Source of the DNA: Kudoa neothunni
Lineage: Eukaryota; Animalia; Cnidaria
DNA: 64,000 nucleotides
NCBI GenBank assembly: GCA_964304625.1
Contig: OZ199839.1
Coordinates: 9,314,528-9,378,527, forward strand
Reading direction: 5' to 3'
Every line of letters starts with the position of its first letter. Position 1 is the stretch's first letter. A program made the translations under genes and the position numbers. Below the pieces are notes generated by a model. The model was given only the letters and a program-made list of their open reading frames with translations, was not told where the DNA came from and made no database searches. This document shows, piece by piece, positions 12,560-24,582 of the stretch.

Positions 12560-13693
12560 CACCGATGGTTGTCACTAGAACAAGCCAGCCGTCGCAGAAT
12601 ACTCGATCAATGGAATGCAGTTAAAATGTTTTTAGGTACTGCAATATCAGAAAATGATTTTCAATCAGCTAAATTAATAAATCATAAATTCAAAAAACCA
12701 ACTAATCATATGTATATTGAATTCTTAAACTTTATATTCCCAATAGTGAACAAACTTAATCTTGAATTCCAATCAGAAACCTTTCGAATACACAAGCTAA
12801 AAAATTCAATTAGTTTTGCAGTAAAAGTCATTCTCAGTTTATTTATGAAAAGAGAAATAATTAAAAATGTGAATATTTGGAATATTAATAACCCTTCTAA
12901 TTATCTTCCATTAGTTGGTGTTTGTCATGGAACCAAAGCAACTTGCATCTATACAATGAATTCTTCCATAATAAATTCATAAGAATATCTCCAATATGAA
13001 ATGAATACATATAATTTCTATATTTCCCTAACAAAAGAAATATTTGATCGCTTTCTATATAATAATTCATTTAAAGAACTTGAATTGTTCGAGGCAACGG
13101 ATCCAAATAACGTAAATGAAGGTAAGCCTGAGTTAATCATACCCCTCGCAGCAAGATTCCCCAATCTTATATCGGATGAAGATTAAACCAATGTGGATAT
13201 GGAATGGAGACAATTAACTCTCGAAGACTCAAATGTTTATTCGAAAAGTAATCCAGAAAAATTTTGATACGATGTATCAGCAAAAAGAATCGAAGATGTT
13301 CCTAAATATCCATTAATTTCAAAACTAATGATGAGCTTGCTATGTTTACCTCATTCTTCAGTATGTGCCGAAAGAATATTTTCCCAATTGAACATAATCA
13401 AAACGAAAAATAGATCGTTATTGAAGGCCGAAACACTAAACAGCTAGATTTATTCGAAAAGTTGATTTTATAATACAGATTTTACAAACTGGAACCCAGC
13501 TGAAAATTTAGTAAAAGCGTTCATAGAGAGAAACCTTTATGAAGATAATTATAATGAAACAACTTCATTTTAGATAGAAAAAACCATTTGAAATAATTAC
13601 GTTTTTATCCTTAATCTCTTTGTTTGTTTATTAAATGTTGGTACGGTTTTCAAAAATTACTGGTACTTTTTCGCTAATCTTCTGGTTACTCTG
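12560..13693 (+). mobile_element. C-terminal half and right end of a decayed hAT transposon
   Basis: RWLSLE motif, NKLNLEFQSE, and dimerization domain YPLISKLMMSLLCLPHSSVCAERIFSQLNIIKTKNRS with internal stops. hAT-type right terminus CTGGTTACTCTG at 13682-13693. Confidence 0.85.
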
Positions 13694-15412
13694 GGTGCAT
13701 TACACCACTTTTTTCACGTGATATCGACAATATATCAGATTCCGTGACATTGTTCTAATTTTCAACGTTATAAATTACACTATTTACATTTTCATCACCT
13801 GAATTAAATTTTTCATATATTTTCCGGTTAAAATGCAGAATAATGGCCGCGTTGATCTAACTAAGGATTATAATTAGGCCGGACGTTAATCCTAGATTTT
13901 TTAAATCTAATTAGTATGATATTTGTTAAACATTTAACGATTGGAATGAATAGATTTCATTCAACAAATTATTTTTGATATTAACCTTATCCATTTGGTA
14001 CAATTATTCCGATAAGGATTGTATAAAATAGGGGATTCCTTTTCTTAGAGACATATAATTAATAATAGGGGATAGCTAATGAGAAAATTATGACAATCCA
14101 TTAAAATCACAATTGTCACACTCGAATTTAATGATAAATAAATGTTACGTTATTCGAATGAGTGTTAATGCTTGTAAGAATAATTGAAAGGGCTAAGAGT
14201 TCAATATAATATTATGATAACTATTTTTGATTATTAATAGAATGCCAAAAAGTAACCTAATAATGATTCAATTCTGATAAATACAATATGTAAAATATTT
14301 AACGGGTTGGTTTTTGTTCGTTGTCGCTGATCAAAATTCTGACCATTATTCTTAATATATTTTAAATAAATCATATGAAAATATAATTATTTAATTAATT
14401 TATTATTTTATCAATTTAAATTTTACATATCATTTTATGATATAGTAATTCTTATTATATTTAATTAAAAATTAAGCATTACATTATATAAACGTTGGTA
14501 TATAAAAATAATAAAAAAATAATAATTCAAGCAGGATGAAAAATTCAATAAATCCAACAGAATTCTAATTTATTTATTAAAGTAGTAAAAATATATTTTA
14601 AATTTAAAAAATAATTTAACAACTATTAGTTCCCTTAATCGTGTACAATTAAGAGAAATTTAATTAATTTTTCAACTCGTGATAAAAATATCTCGACTAA
14701 ATTAATGAATTTAATGAATTTATTAAATTCAATAATTTCGTAATTTTCAGAAATAATGATATTTTATTGCGTTAGGTTTGATAATAACGTCATTTCTTGA
14801 TAATAATGAGCCATTATTTTCACACGATCTACAAAGATCACTAAAATTACACGACAATTTTTGCGATTGAGTGCTATTTATTTTTTATTTTTACACTGTA
14901 ATAGTTCTTAAACCGTACAAATTAATATAACAATTCAAGATATAGCACATAGTAATTTTATTAAGTGTTGGATAACGATAGTGATTGCGTATTTGTTGAA
15001 AAATGATTAATAATGGTTGGCATTCGAAACACTAATCACTCTCTTGTTAGCTCATGGTGTATTAAAAACAAGATTTTGCGATTAACTCCCTTAATAATTT
15101 AACTTAGAGACCTTTTATTATCATTTGAGGAAGGTTCACGTAGAGATTACGACAAATTAAGTAGGTGGGGCTATATGAAGATTAATGTGATCGATTCATT
15201 CTTCTCAGGGCTTATTAAGAAATTTCATGCTAGGACATTAATACAGAACCTAAGCGTTAACAAATTACGCAATATTTTATGCATTTGAATGTTGTAACAT
15301 ATTTTTAATTGATATTTTAGTAAAAAAATAACTCAGACAAATCAGATTTAGATTTAACGAATTACGATTAGATGAAAACTTGAATCGTATTTTTAGCACT
15401 AAAAATGATCTA

Positions 15413-18257
15413 GCTGAGTGCGTTCCGGTGGGAATAAATGTATCAGTGCGGCATCAACTCACAACTTTACAGATTTACTGGAAATATTGCGCAGGATTGT
15501 ATGTTAAAAAAAAGGATTAATTACGAAAAGTTCAGTGAATTGATTAGGAAATTCCGATATACTTACTTCACATTGTTACTCTCTATTGATTCTATCGTAT
15601 ATTATTGTTCGAGGAAAGAATATTCTCATCGCTGACTCTGTAGATTCGTTTTATCCGATGATAGTTGGTGATCTCACAACCACTCACACCGACTGTATTC
15701 AAATAATTCATCTAATTTGGACACACTTAAAATTATGTAATTATTTATTCACTATCAAAAATATAGGGGAAGATGACAAAAAAAGTTACATTCTTCAGTT
15801 GGTTGTGCAATCCATCACAAGCAAAGACTCACCATTACGAGTTTATAATGATGACTCGGAGTTGATTCCAATCTCAAATTTTGGTTTCGCCTTGTTCGAG
15901 TTGGTTGACAAGGTTTGAATTTTTGAATATATTCTAACAGTTCCACCACATTGAGATTAAATAACATTGTAATTGCACTGTTAAATGGTTTCAATTTTCT
16001 CCAAAATATCTACCATCTACTATCTACTATACACAATCGTGAGGAGATTCTATAGTTACTAATGTGTAACTGCTATTTAATCTTTATTTACGGATGCCGA
16101 ATGATTATTTCAATAAGAACTTCATTACTTTAAACTCGTTTCTTTCTTTCTTTATTTATTTATGTAAATATTTATAGAATTTAAGTGGTGGAAGGCTGTC
16201 TTGCCAATCTTATTGAATTCATTGCATTTATTGAGTTTATTTGTGACATTATATCTCGTAGAAATATAAAAAATCAAACAAATGCAATATAAACGGCTAC
16301 AAACTTCGTTTCGATAACAACTCTCTATCTCCAACTCCTATTTCTCACTCTAATGTTGTCGATATCGATCATGGAGAAGAAGTCCTCGTAGAACCGTGCA
16401 GCTTCATCCAATATAAAATCGAGGTTAGGAAATTAAATAATTTAAAATTGAAACTCCAGCTTCGGATCAACGGCAATGTTGAAGTTTTGTTTGCCACCTT
16501 CCTAGGCACGCAATTCTACCATGATTATGAGTCACCCCATAAATCCATTGTTGGAACGGTTATGAACGAGGATTTCAGTGTGGTTGGAGAAATCAAATGT
16601 AACTTTTATCATTTAATGTAATCTACTATGTTGAGTTCTATAATTGTAGTGGAGTACACAATTCTTAAGCCATGGATGAGGCATGCCGAGTTCAATAAAA
16701 AATTCGATAAATATTCCATAGTTTCAGATCCTTGCAGTCGACCTATTATGGTTGGTCATCGAGGATCTGGTGTTACTTATTGTGAAAAGTAATTAATGTT
16801 GTTGTTCTAATGAGTGTATCGAAATTTATTGATTTAGCCCATCCGAATACATGGAAAACTCCATCAACTCATTCATTGCCGCCTACGAATGCGGAGCTGA
16901 CTTTGTCGAACTTGATATCCAACTCACAAAAGATAACAATATCGTTGTTTTTCATGATACTGATACTTGTGTTGTTTTGCCAACAAATAAAAATTTGTCT
17001 GAGAAGAAAAAATCGAAAAAACGACTTAAGAGAAATAATAGTCATGATGAACCAGTAGATTGCTACAATAACAGCCAAACCGGGATTGAAATCAGTTGTG
17101 ATGGTTACCACGATAAACATAATATGGATTTCGGCAGTGACTGCCAACTGCATGACACTGATTGTGATTCATGTAGTACCGCTGACTCGGTCTCTTCGCT
17201 TAATGTTTCGATTCGTCATTTAAATATGAATCAACTAAGAACTCATAAGGTAGATCTTAGCTGAAGTTGAGAATTAATATAATTGATTTGGAATCTTAGT
17301 TTATCAACTCGAAAACCGACTTAACCAACTACATCAAATCAAGCTCCGCAAATTCGAACGACCTAAACAATGATCAACAAACTCAATTTTCCAATCCAAT
17401 TGGAGGTCTCTTCCCAACATTATCAGAGGTTCATTTCATTTCAAATAATCTTAGACTTCACAATTATTTCCTCCATTTGTTAGGTACTCAAAGAACTACC
17501 TTTGAATCTTGGTGTCAATATTGAGATTAAATCACCTCAAGAATCAAAAGCAATTTATACTAAACGTACATATTGTGATCATATTGAGTAGAATGGGCTA
17601 TGGGAAAATGATTACGGCCAAAATTATGATAGAAACAAACTAATTGATCTCACTTTGGATGTGATATTCCATGAGAAACAAACATTACGTAGAATCATAT
17701 TTTCAAGTTTTGATCCTTGGATATGTACAATGTATGCATAATATGCTTACTGGTGTGGTAGTGTTAATTAAAATTGTTGCTAGGCTTCGGTACAAACAAG
17801 ACAGATACCCAGTGTTGTTGTTGGTCGAGGCCAATGCCGAATCCATAGCCGGATCCACTGACATTCGCATATCTACTGTGGATGGAGCTGTTTTATTTGC
17901 TGCAGGAGAAAAACTCGACGTATTTACTATATTATTTCTTTTAATGTTACTTTATCAGAGGATATTATTATTATTATTTTTGTTTAATTAGGGAGTTGTT
18001 TGCTACATCAATCCGATTTTGCATAGAATAGATAGTGTTGTTAATACCGCTCGTCAATTCGACTTGGTTTTCTTCACTTACGGCGAAAGCAATAATATTC
18101 TAGAAAATATTATATTGCAATCAAAAGCCAATGTTGATGGTATTATTACCGACAGGTGATTTTATTAGTTTAGATCAATAACACATATCACCACTTTTTT
18201 AGGTTGAAAGAACTGCTCCCTCAAATTGTCAAACCAGTCAACAAACATAACACATAA
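15413..18257 (+). CDS. GPCPD1: Glycerophosphocholine phosphodiesterase GPCPD1/GDE5-like, multi-exon; 5' end uncertain and may extend to about 15010
   Basis: Spliced motifs VGEIK-EYTILKP, MVGHRGSG, MENSINSF..GADFVELDIQLTKDNNIVVFHD, FPTLSEVL, GVNIEIKSPQ, RRIIFSSFDPWICTM, KQDRYPVLLL, FFTYGESNN and VDGIITDR follow GPCPD1 order. Stop TAA at 18255-18257. Confidence 0.88.
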
Positions 18258-18826
18258 TTTGTTTTGTCGATCTGTTTTATTAACCGAATATATCTCGTTA
18301 GTAGGTATAGCATAATGTAATGTGTAGTGATGAGTTTTGTTTTTTCTATTCTTGCCTTTCTTGGTCTATCGGTTGAGTATGGCTTAATTAGTGACGTTAA
18401 TATGGCAATGATAGAATTGTATCAATTTTGAGAAATGGAAAGTAAGTTCTGGTTACTAATCTATAAATTATATCTTATACAATATAAGATGTCGTTATTA
18501 TTACCTAATTCTAATAATGGTAATTTTCCTGACTTTTCGCATTTTAAGCCACCAGCCTATTAACGAAAATTCAAATTTAATTAAATTCATGTTATTTTTT
18601 GTACTTTAAATTTTAAGGCATAGAAAGTAAATCATAATTTGTCAATCTTCGAAATTCTTTAAGGTAAGATCACCTGCAACTACACCAACGCTTCTCAGTT
18701 ATGAGTGCGAGGTTAGATCGTAATTTAGAATCCTTCTTTAAAAAATGTTTAATGTAAATTATCGATTTCTCGATCTGTAAAACGTAAAAACTCGATGAAT
18801 ACATCATTGTTCTGTTTCGTTTAACG

Positions 18827-19501
18827 CGGTGTTTCCCAACTGTGGGCGCGAAAAAGTGTTGGTTGGGCATAGAAATTTTTGAACGTTTAATGAACGGCGG
18901 AAAATCCTGAGTATTGGTGTGACATAGATAATGGTGAGATAATTTGGCAGTATGGTGTACTTTGAAGCCAATATCGCTGATTTTTAAGTGGCCGTTAATA
19001 TCATAAAAAAATACAAAAACAAAAGATTAATTATATACAAATTAATAATATTAATATTTAACATGCCCTTATCCGAATAGAATCAGAATGGTTTAAATCT
19101 CAATCTTGCTCTATTTAGAATCATATACCCCTTTTTTTGATTAAACTTAATATAATATTGAATGATTTTGTATTTATATAATATAAATTATATTATTAAT
19201 TTTTGGCTCATTAGCCCCGCATACGCGAAAGTTTTTCTTAATGAAGATTGGATTATTAAGAGTTTCATTCGAAACTATTTTTGAAGGAATGAATAACTAA
19301 TGATGTTAATTATTAAATTATAAATTTTAATGAGAAACAAAGTATATATTAATTGTTTTCATATTTAAATGTGATATAGAATTATAGTTAAGATAATAAA
19401 AAGTTTAAGTAAAAAAATAAATACTTTTGAAGGAGATGGAGAACGGATTTTGTTTTTAATAAAAAAGTGGGGCGCGATATAAAAGAGTTTGGGAAACGTT
19501 A
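18827..19501. mobile_element. Non-autonomous hAT element (Charlie/Buster-type ends)
   Basis: Ends CGGTGTTTCCCAAC and GTTTGGGAAACGTTA. Flanks GTTTAACG and GTTTAATG form an 8-bp TSD matching 7/8. No ORF. Confidence 0.7.
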
Positions 19502-21276
19502 GTTTAATGAGTTTTCATTTTTTCAAAATAATTCAGGAATATCTTACGAGATCAATTTAATTCCATAATTTAATCAATAACACACGAATTGCTTAATTTA
19601 GAAGTGAACCTGATTGTCAATACATTAAAATGTGAAATAAAAAAGTAATTTGTTTGGGGGAAATTTTAAAATATAGAAATTACACAACAACTATGAAACG
19701 AAATTATATTTACCAAATGCTCGACGGAAGTTGTATATTACACGTAAGTCTAATAAACCCACGAAATTTGATGGGGATACGTCTTTCCGTATATTGAACG
19801 GGTGAGGGTTTTGTTTTCTCATAAAACCACGTTAGAGTTCGATTAGAGTTGGTAAACATTTGTATACATACAAACTTAAGATAGCACGTCGCTTTTACTT
19901 GTGATTTGAGAATATTTTGTAAATTTACAAACAGATAAATATCCTAGTTTCTTAACGGTCACAATTCTAGGCAAACAATTGGTATTTAAAGCGTTATAGG
20001 TGTTGGCTATATAAGAATATAGGACCCAGTCGATTAAAACTTCTAACATAATTCTTATTAGTAGAAAAAAAATATAACTTTGAGTGTGACTCACGTAATA
20101 ATGAGCGTCGACCTAAATTATCAGGTAGCATAAGATATCTTTGGTAATCATTACATATTTCGAAGAAGTTGCAATTTTCCTGATTGGGACTAGGACTCAT
20201 TACCTCTGGAGTTCCTGTCGAATGGTCATACGTCTCATCCACATGCTCGTCGTGGATTTTCAATTAAGAAAATGTTTTCTGTTTCATTTTGTGGATGTTT
20301 AATGTAATGTTATCAACAACAAAGAATTTATCGATTATTTCACCTCATTAATATTTAACATATATGAGTTAATCTAAATATTGATGTAATGTGTATAGTG
20401 TTTCCAGGCATTGCTGTAAAAAATTACTCTGCATTGACTAAAATCTAGATATTTTAGTTCGATAAATAAAATTAATCATCTAATTAAATTAAATTAAATT
20501 AAATAAGACTCGTTTTCTTCAATATCATTCCTAAATTAATTTTTCTTTATCCTGATATATTACTCAGGAAAATACAAAATAAAATTACAAAATACATAAA
20601 ATGTATATTATCTAATTATATATTCTATGAAAGGTATTCTTTTATTTATTCATTTCAATTAAAAACAATATTTAAACATTTTTCTATATCATTCATACAC
20701 TGAATTGGAGGTTCAAAATTTAATTCTCCCGCTCATATTTATTAAATTAAATATATATAATTTAATAGAATTTTATAGTTGAATTCTAATATAATTAATT
20801 ACACTATATAATATGAGCATGTGTATGCTCTTGGATGGGTGAATTCTGTATGTTTTTAATACATGAATTCTTTTGAATACAGTGAAAGAGATAAATGTAA
20901 TTAGAGGCAAAAAATCAATAAACTTTAAATATTTAAAAAATTCAAAGTTAAATAGTTAAAACTATTTATATGTATATAAATAAAACTGAATAATTTAAAA
21001 AATAAGGACTAATATAGCCAAATATAAATTAAATGTTCATATACTGAAAATAACGTGTAAAAACAACATAAACCCGAGAGAAATGCGTGAATTCTGTTTA
21101 TTAAAAATTGACTTTAATTCATTTCTCCTATTTGTAAAATAATCATAAATTTATAAATTAATAATCATCTTTCAGTGAATAAATTCAATTTAGAGAAATG
21201 TTAATTTTTTATCAAACTAGAAAACCGATTCCCATAAATAACTTACTAATGCGCTGACATCTGAAATTCATTACAA

Positions 21277-22786
21277 ATGGGGCCTGAAAACGATATGAGA
21301 CAACCTCATACAAATAATTCAGACAATAACCAAACTGTTTATAAGTCGAAAAAATCTGAAACTACCTCAACAACTTTAGGTAACCGTTTAGAGTGTTAAT
21401 TTTATAGTTTTATATGCGGGTACAACTATTAGGTATTAAACGATTGATGCGCGAAGCAAAAGAACTATCTCGACCATCCAAATTTATCTCAGCTGTACCA
21501 ATCAAAGATGATCTCTATCTATGGCATTTCACTATACGAGGCAGTGAAGATTCACCTTTTGAGGAAGGAGTCTATCATGGTGAAATTCGAATTCATCCTG
21601 AGTATCCGTTCAAACCGCCTGAAATTCGAATGCTTACTGTAGTTAGTTAGTTAGTTGAATGATGCTGGTTGTTTATGAGTTGTATTACCAATTAGCCGAC
21701 CGGTAGGTTTAAGACATCCGAACCTATATGCATATCATCTTCAAATTTCCATCCAGAATTATGGCAACCATCCTGGGGAAGTTTGTTATTAGTTGGTGTA
21801 GGCGAATCTGCTCATTTTTCTCTTAGTACGAACTATCATAACTGCACTTATTGGTTTTATGCCGACTCCCGCCAATAACGCAGTTGGATCCGTGGAATCG
21901 TCTGACTATGAGAAAAAACGCTTAGCTTCACTGTATTTATTATCGCATCTTCTTGGATTTAATATCAGGCGGAATTTTGATAATTTTGTGTTAGTTCTAA
22001 AATATGGAAATGCGAGGTGTGTGGAATAATGAATCAATCAATTCTTCTTGGTGATAGTAAGAGTTTGTGTGTATAAATCCATTGTAATTGTGAATGGTAT
22101 TGTAATGAAGGTGATTGTTCCAATGTGGCACCTGATTGTTCGGTGGTAGAATCTGCTGAAAGTACTAATTCCAATACTAATGGAATTGTGACTGACAAAA
22201 GCTCTCAAACTCAACAACCCAGTCCCAGTCCCAGTCCCAGTACATTCTCATCTCCTTTATGGTTTAAACTATACGATTAATTTCTACTACCGTTATTTGT
22301 AGTGGTTAAAGTTGAACTAAAATCCAACCAATCAGCGGACCTCTCACGTGAACGTTTAAATATTTTTGAATCGTTGGTCGAGGAGAAATTCCTTTTTAAC
22401 AGCGAATTCAACGAACAACAAACGAACTATGATGCTCCCATGGTTAATGTGGGTTGGGTGGGTTTCCACAAATTCTCCGAATTAGTTTATTTCTCGGGAT
22501 CACTCTCCGAACCCGCCATTCACGATCGTACATCTAGAATCATCAATGGACCTCCTTTTTTAGGTTTTTCTAATAGTTTGGATTTAAGTAATTGAACAAT
22601 TTTTTAATTTTTCTAAAAAGTTATTTTAAAGATGAGGTTTCGGAAAATTTAGGAAACCAATTTACTCAGCCTACCCCGAGAGAGACTGTTAATATCCGTG
22701 AGGTTCCATATGGGCGCAGAAGACTATTTTTGGCAGTACTCATCACTGTGAGTATTTTTGTGCTCCTTTTTGGTGTGCTTTACTGA
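21277..22786 (+). CDS. UBE2J1: Ubiquitin-conjugating enzyme E2 J1 (tail-anchored ERAD E2), multi-exon
   Basis: GIKRLMREAKEL, WHFTIRG..SPFEEGVYHGEI..PEYPFKPP, PTGRF..ICISSSNFHPELWQPSW (catalytic Cys), ALIGFMPT..AVGS, a CxxC motif, and C-terminal TM segment LFLAVLITVSIFVLLFGVLY*. Boundaries of the variable 3' exons are approximate. Confidence 0.92.
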
Positions 22787-23247
22787 TAGACTACCAAATT
22801 TATAGATGTTTTTTAGCAAATTAGATTTAGTCTTATTTTATTTGTTCTCTTGGAAATGAATTTAATATAATTTATTACATATAATGAAAATAGGCAGTGA
22901 CCATTTCACCGGCAATTAATGTCTCCAAAGCTGACTAATAGAATTTGTCGAAATATTGTATATTAATATAAATTTAATAAATACAATTACTAAAAAATTT
23001 ATAAATAAATGCATACGTTATATTTTTATGGTTACATTATTAATGGATTAATTTAAAAATTGAAGTACGCAATTCAATAGATAATCAGTTCTCAGAAACT
23101 ATCAGTGCAAGTTTAATGGATAAATTATTCTTGAGTGTTCTTTGATATCGTTATCCATTCTTTGTGCGCCTATTAATACCACCGAAAATACATCGATATG
23201 TAATTTGGTATTATCGAAAAGTGGATTGGCTGACTGTTTTTCTACCT

Positions 23248-23335
23248 TTAACCCTCTAATGGATTTGAGGTAAAAAATACCTCAATTTTTTCCCTGTCAA
23301 AATTAAACAAAAATGTTTGGAGAAATTTTAACCAT
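23248..23335 (+). mobile_element. piggyBac-type terminus (TTAA|CCCTCTAATGGATTTG)
   Basis: TTAA followed by CCC. Reverse-complement relatives occur at about 50480-50560 and 50707-50742 (CAAATCCATTAGAGGG|TTAA). Confidence 0.6.
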
Positions 23336-23385
23336 AATGAACATTTTTTGATCGGGAAATTAAAATCTTTTTTTACAAAGTCAAA

Positions 23386-23761
23386 CCCTCCGCGGAATTT
23401 GTTAGGTTGTGAAGTTCGGGCTGGTTAGGTCTTCTCCATTTACTCTTTACGCAGCACAGCGTCATATTGAGGCGACTTAAGTTTATGCGGTAACGTGGGA
23501 TTTTAACCCACTATACATCCTCGTCTCAAGGCGACCACCACCCCAAACCCTATCCTATCCTTTTAGAGATGTTGGCTCTGTGAGGGCTCCAAATTACATG
23601 TCGTTCGATGAGTTCCGGAGATTCAAATTCCTATTCATAGCGAGCGTACACTTTAACCACAGCTCCCAAATATGGGATAGAGACCCACCGTCGTATTCGA
23701 ACCATTACCTCCTCACGCTCCTGAGTCCGAGTGCCACACCGAAGTGCTGTCTGTCCTCGGC
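23386..23761 (-). mobile_element. Probable tRNA-derived SINE (~375 bp)
   Basis: A GC-rich island in AT-rich DNA. Minus strand begins GCCGAGGACAGACAGCACTTCGGTGTGGCAC with B-box-like GGTTCGAATAC (23693-23703), followed by a non-tRNA body. It does not fold into a complete cloverleaf by eye. Confidence 0.55.
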
Positions 23762-24582
23762 ATTCTCATATTATTTCTGGTGAAGCGCACGTATCGGCAT
23801 ACAATGATATTAATCGTATCTTATTACATGTTCAAATTAAGATAATATCTAATAGGTCTTATTATTCCTAATACGGTAAAATCTGTAGGAAGACCTAGCG
23901 GCCAAACAAAAGAAAACAACAATTTATCATTTTACTCCATTAAGTATATTTTTGTGACAGCTATATATTTTTATTTTCCTCATTGTGATAAAAATTCAGG
24001 TATAAGAAACAGCGCAAACAAATATATGAAACAAGGGGGTCATTGCCTGCGCGCCCAACCAATGAATTATGGTGATCCTTCGGTTGTTACTTATTATGAA
24101 AATATTGGTTATAATCAATTTCAATATAGTCTTATACTTTAATAATAATTTATAATTTATGATTTTAAAAATAATATTCTATTTATTGAAGGTTTCACGA
24201 TTATAAACGTATGTTTTATATTTGTATAAAAAACTTTGTAGGAAAAAAATCAATTAATAAGTTTGTGAAATGTGGACGAAAACTGAAAGGCGGTTATTGA
24301 GATATTGATTACTGCGCCAATAGATAATCCCAAGCATAGGGATTAACGCTACTGTGCCAATAGCCAGTGGTATTTAAAATTGTCATTTCGTTCGTGTTCG
24401 GTCGTTTTTGCTTTATAACAATTTTTGTTCGTGTGATCGAACACGAACGAAACTCACGAATTTGCCGTCCTTGTGTGAAAAGAGATGCCATCTACACTTA
24501 TATCAAAATACTAAAATATTATTTCGTCTATAAATTAATGAAGTTTTGACAATGGCAACGCACTAAAATAAAGTTTTGGCAG

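Noticed and set aside
22218-22241. Telomere-like (CCCAGT)n repeat
   Set aside because: Only four units, inside a UBE2J1 exon where it encodes a PSPSPS linker.
23690-23761. Functional tRNA gene
   Set aside because: It has a B-box-like motif but no convincing acceptor or anticodon stems, and it continues into a long GC-rich body, so it is treated as a SINE head.
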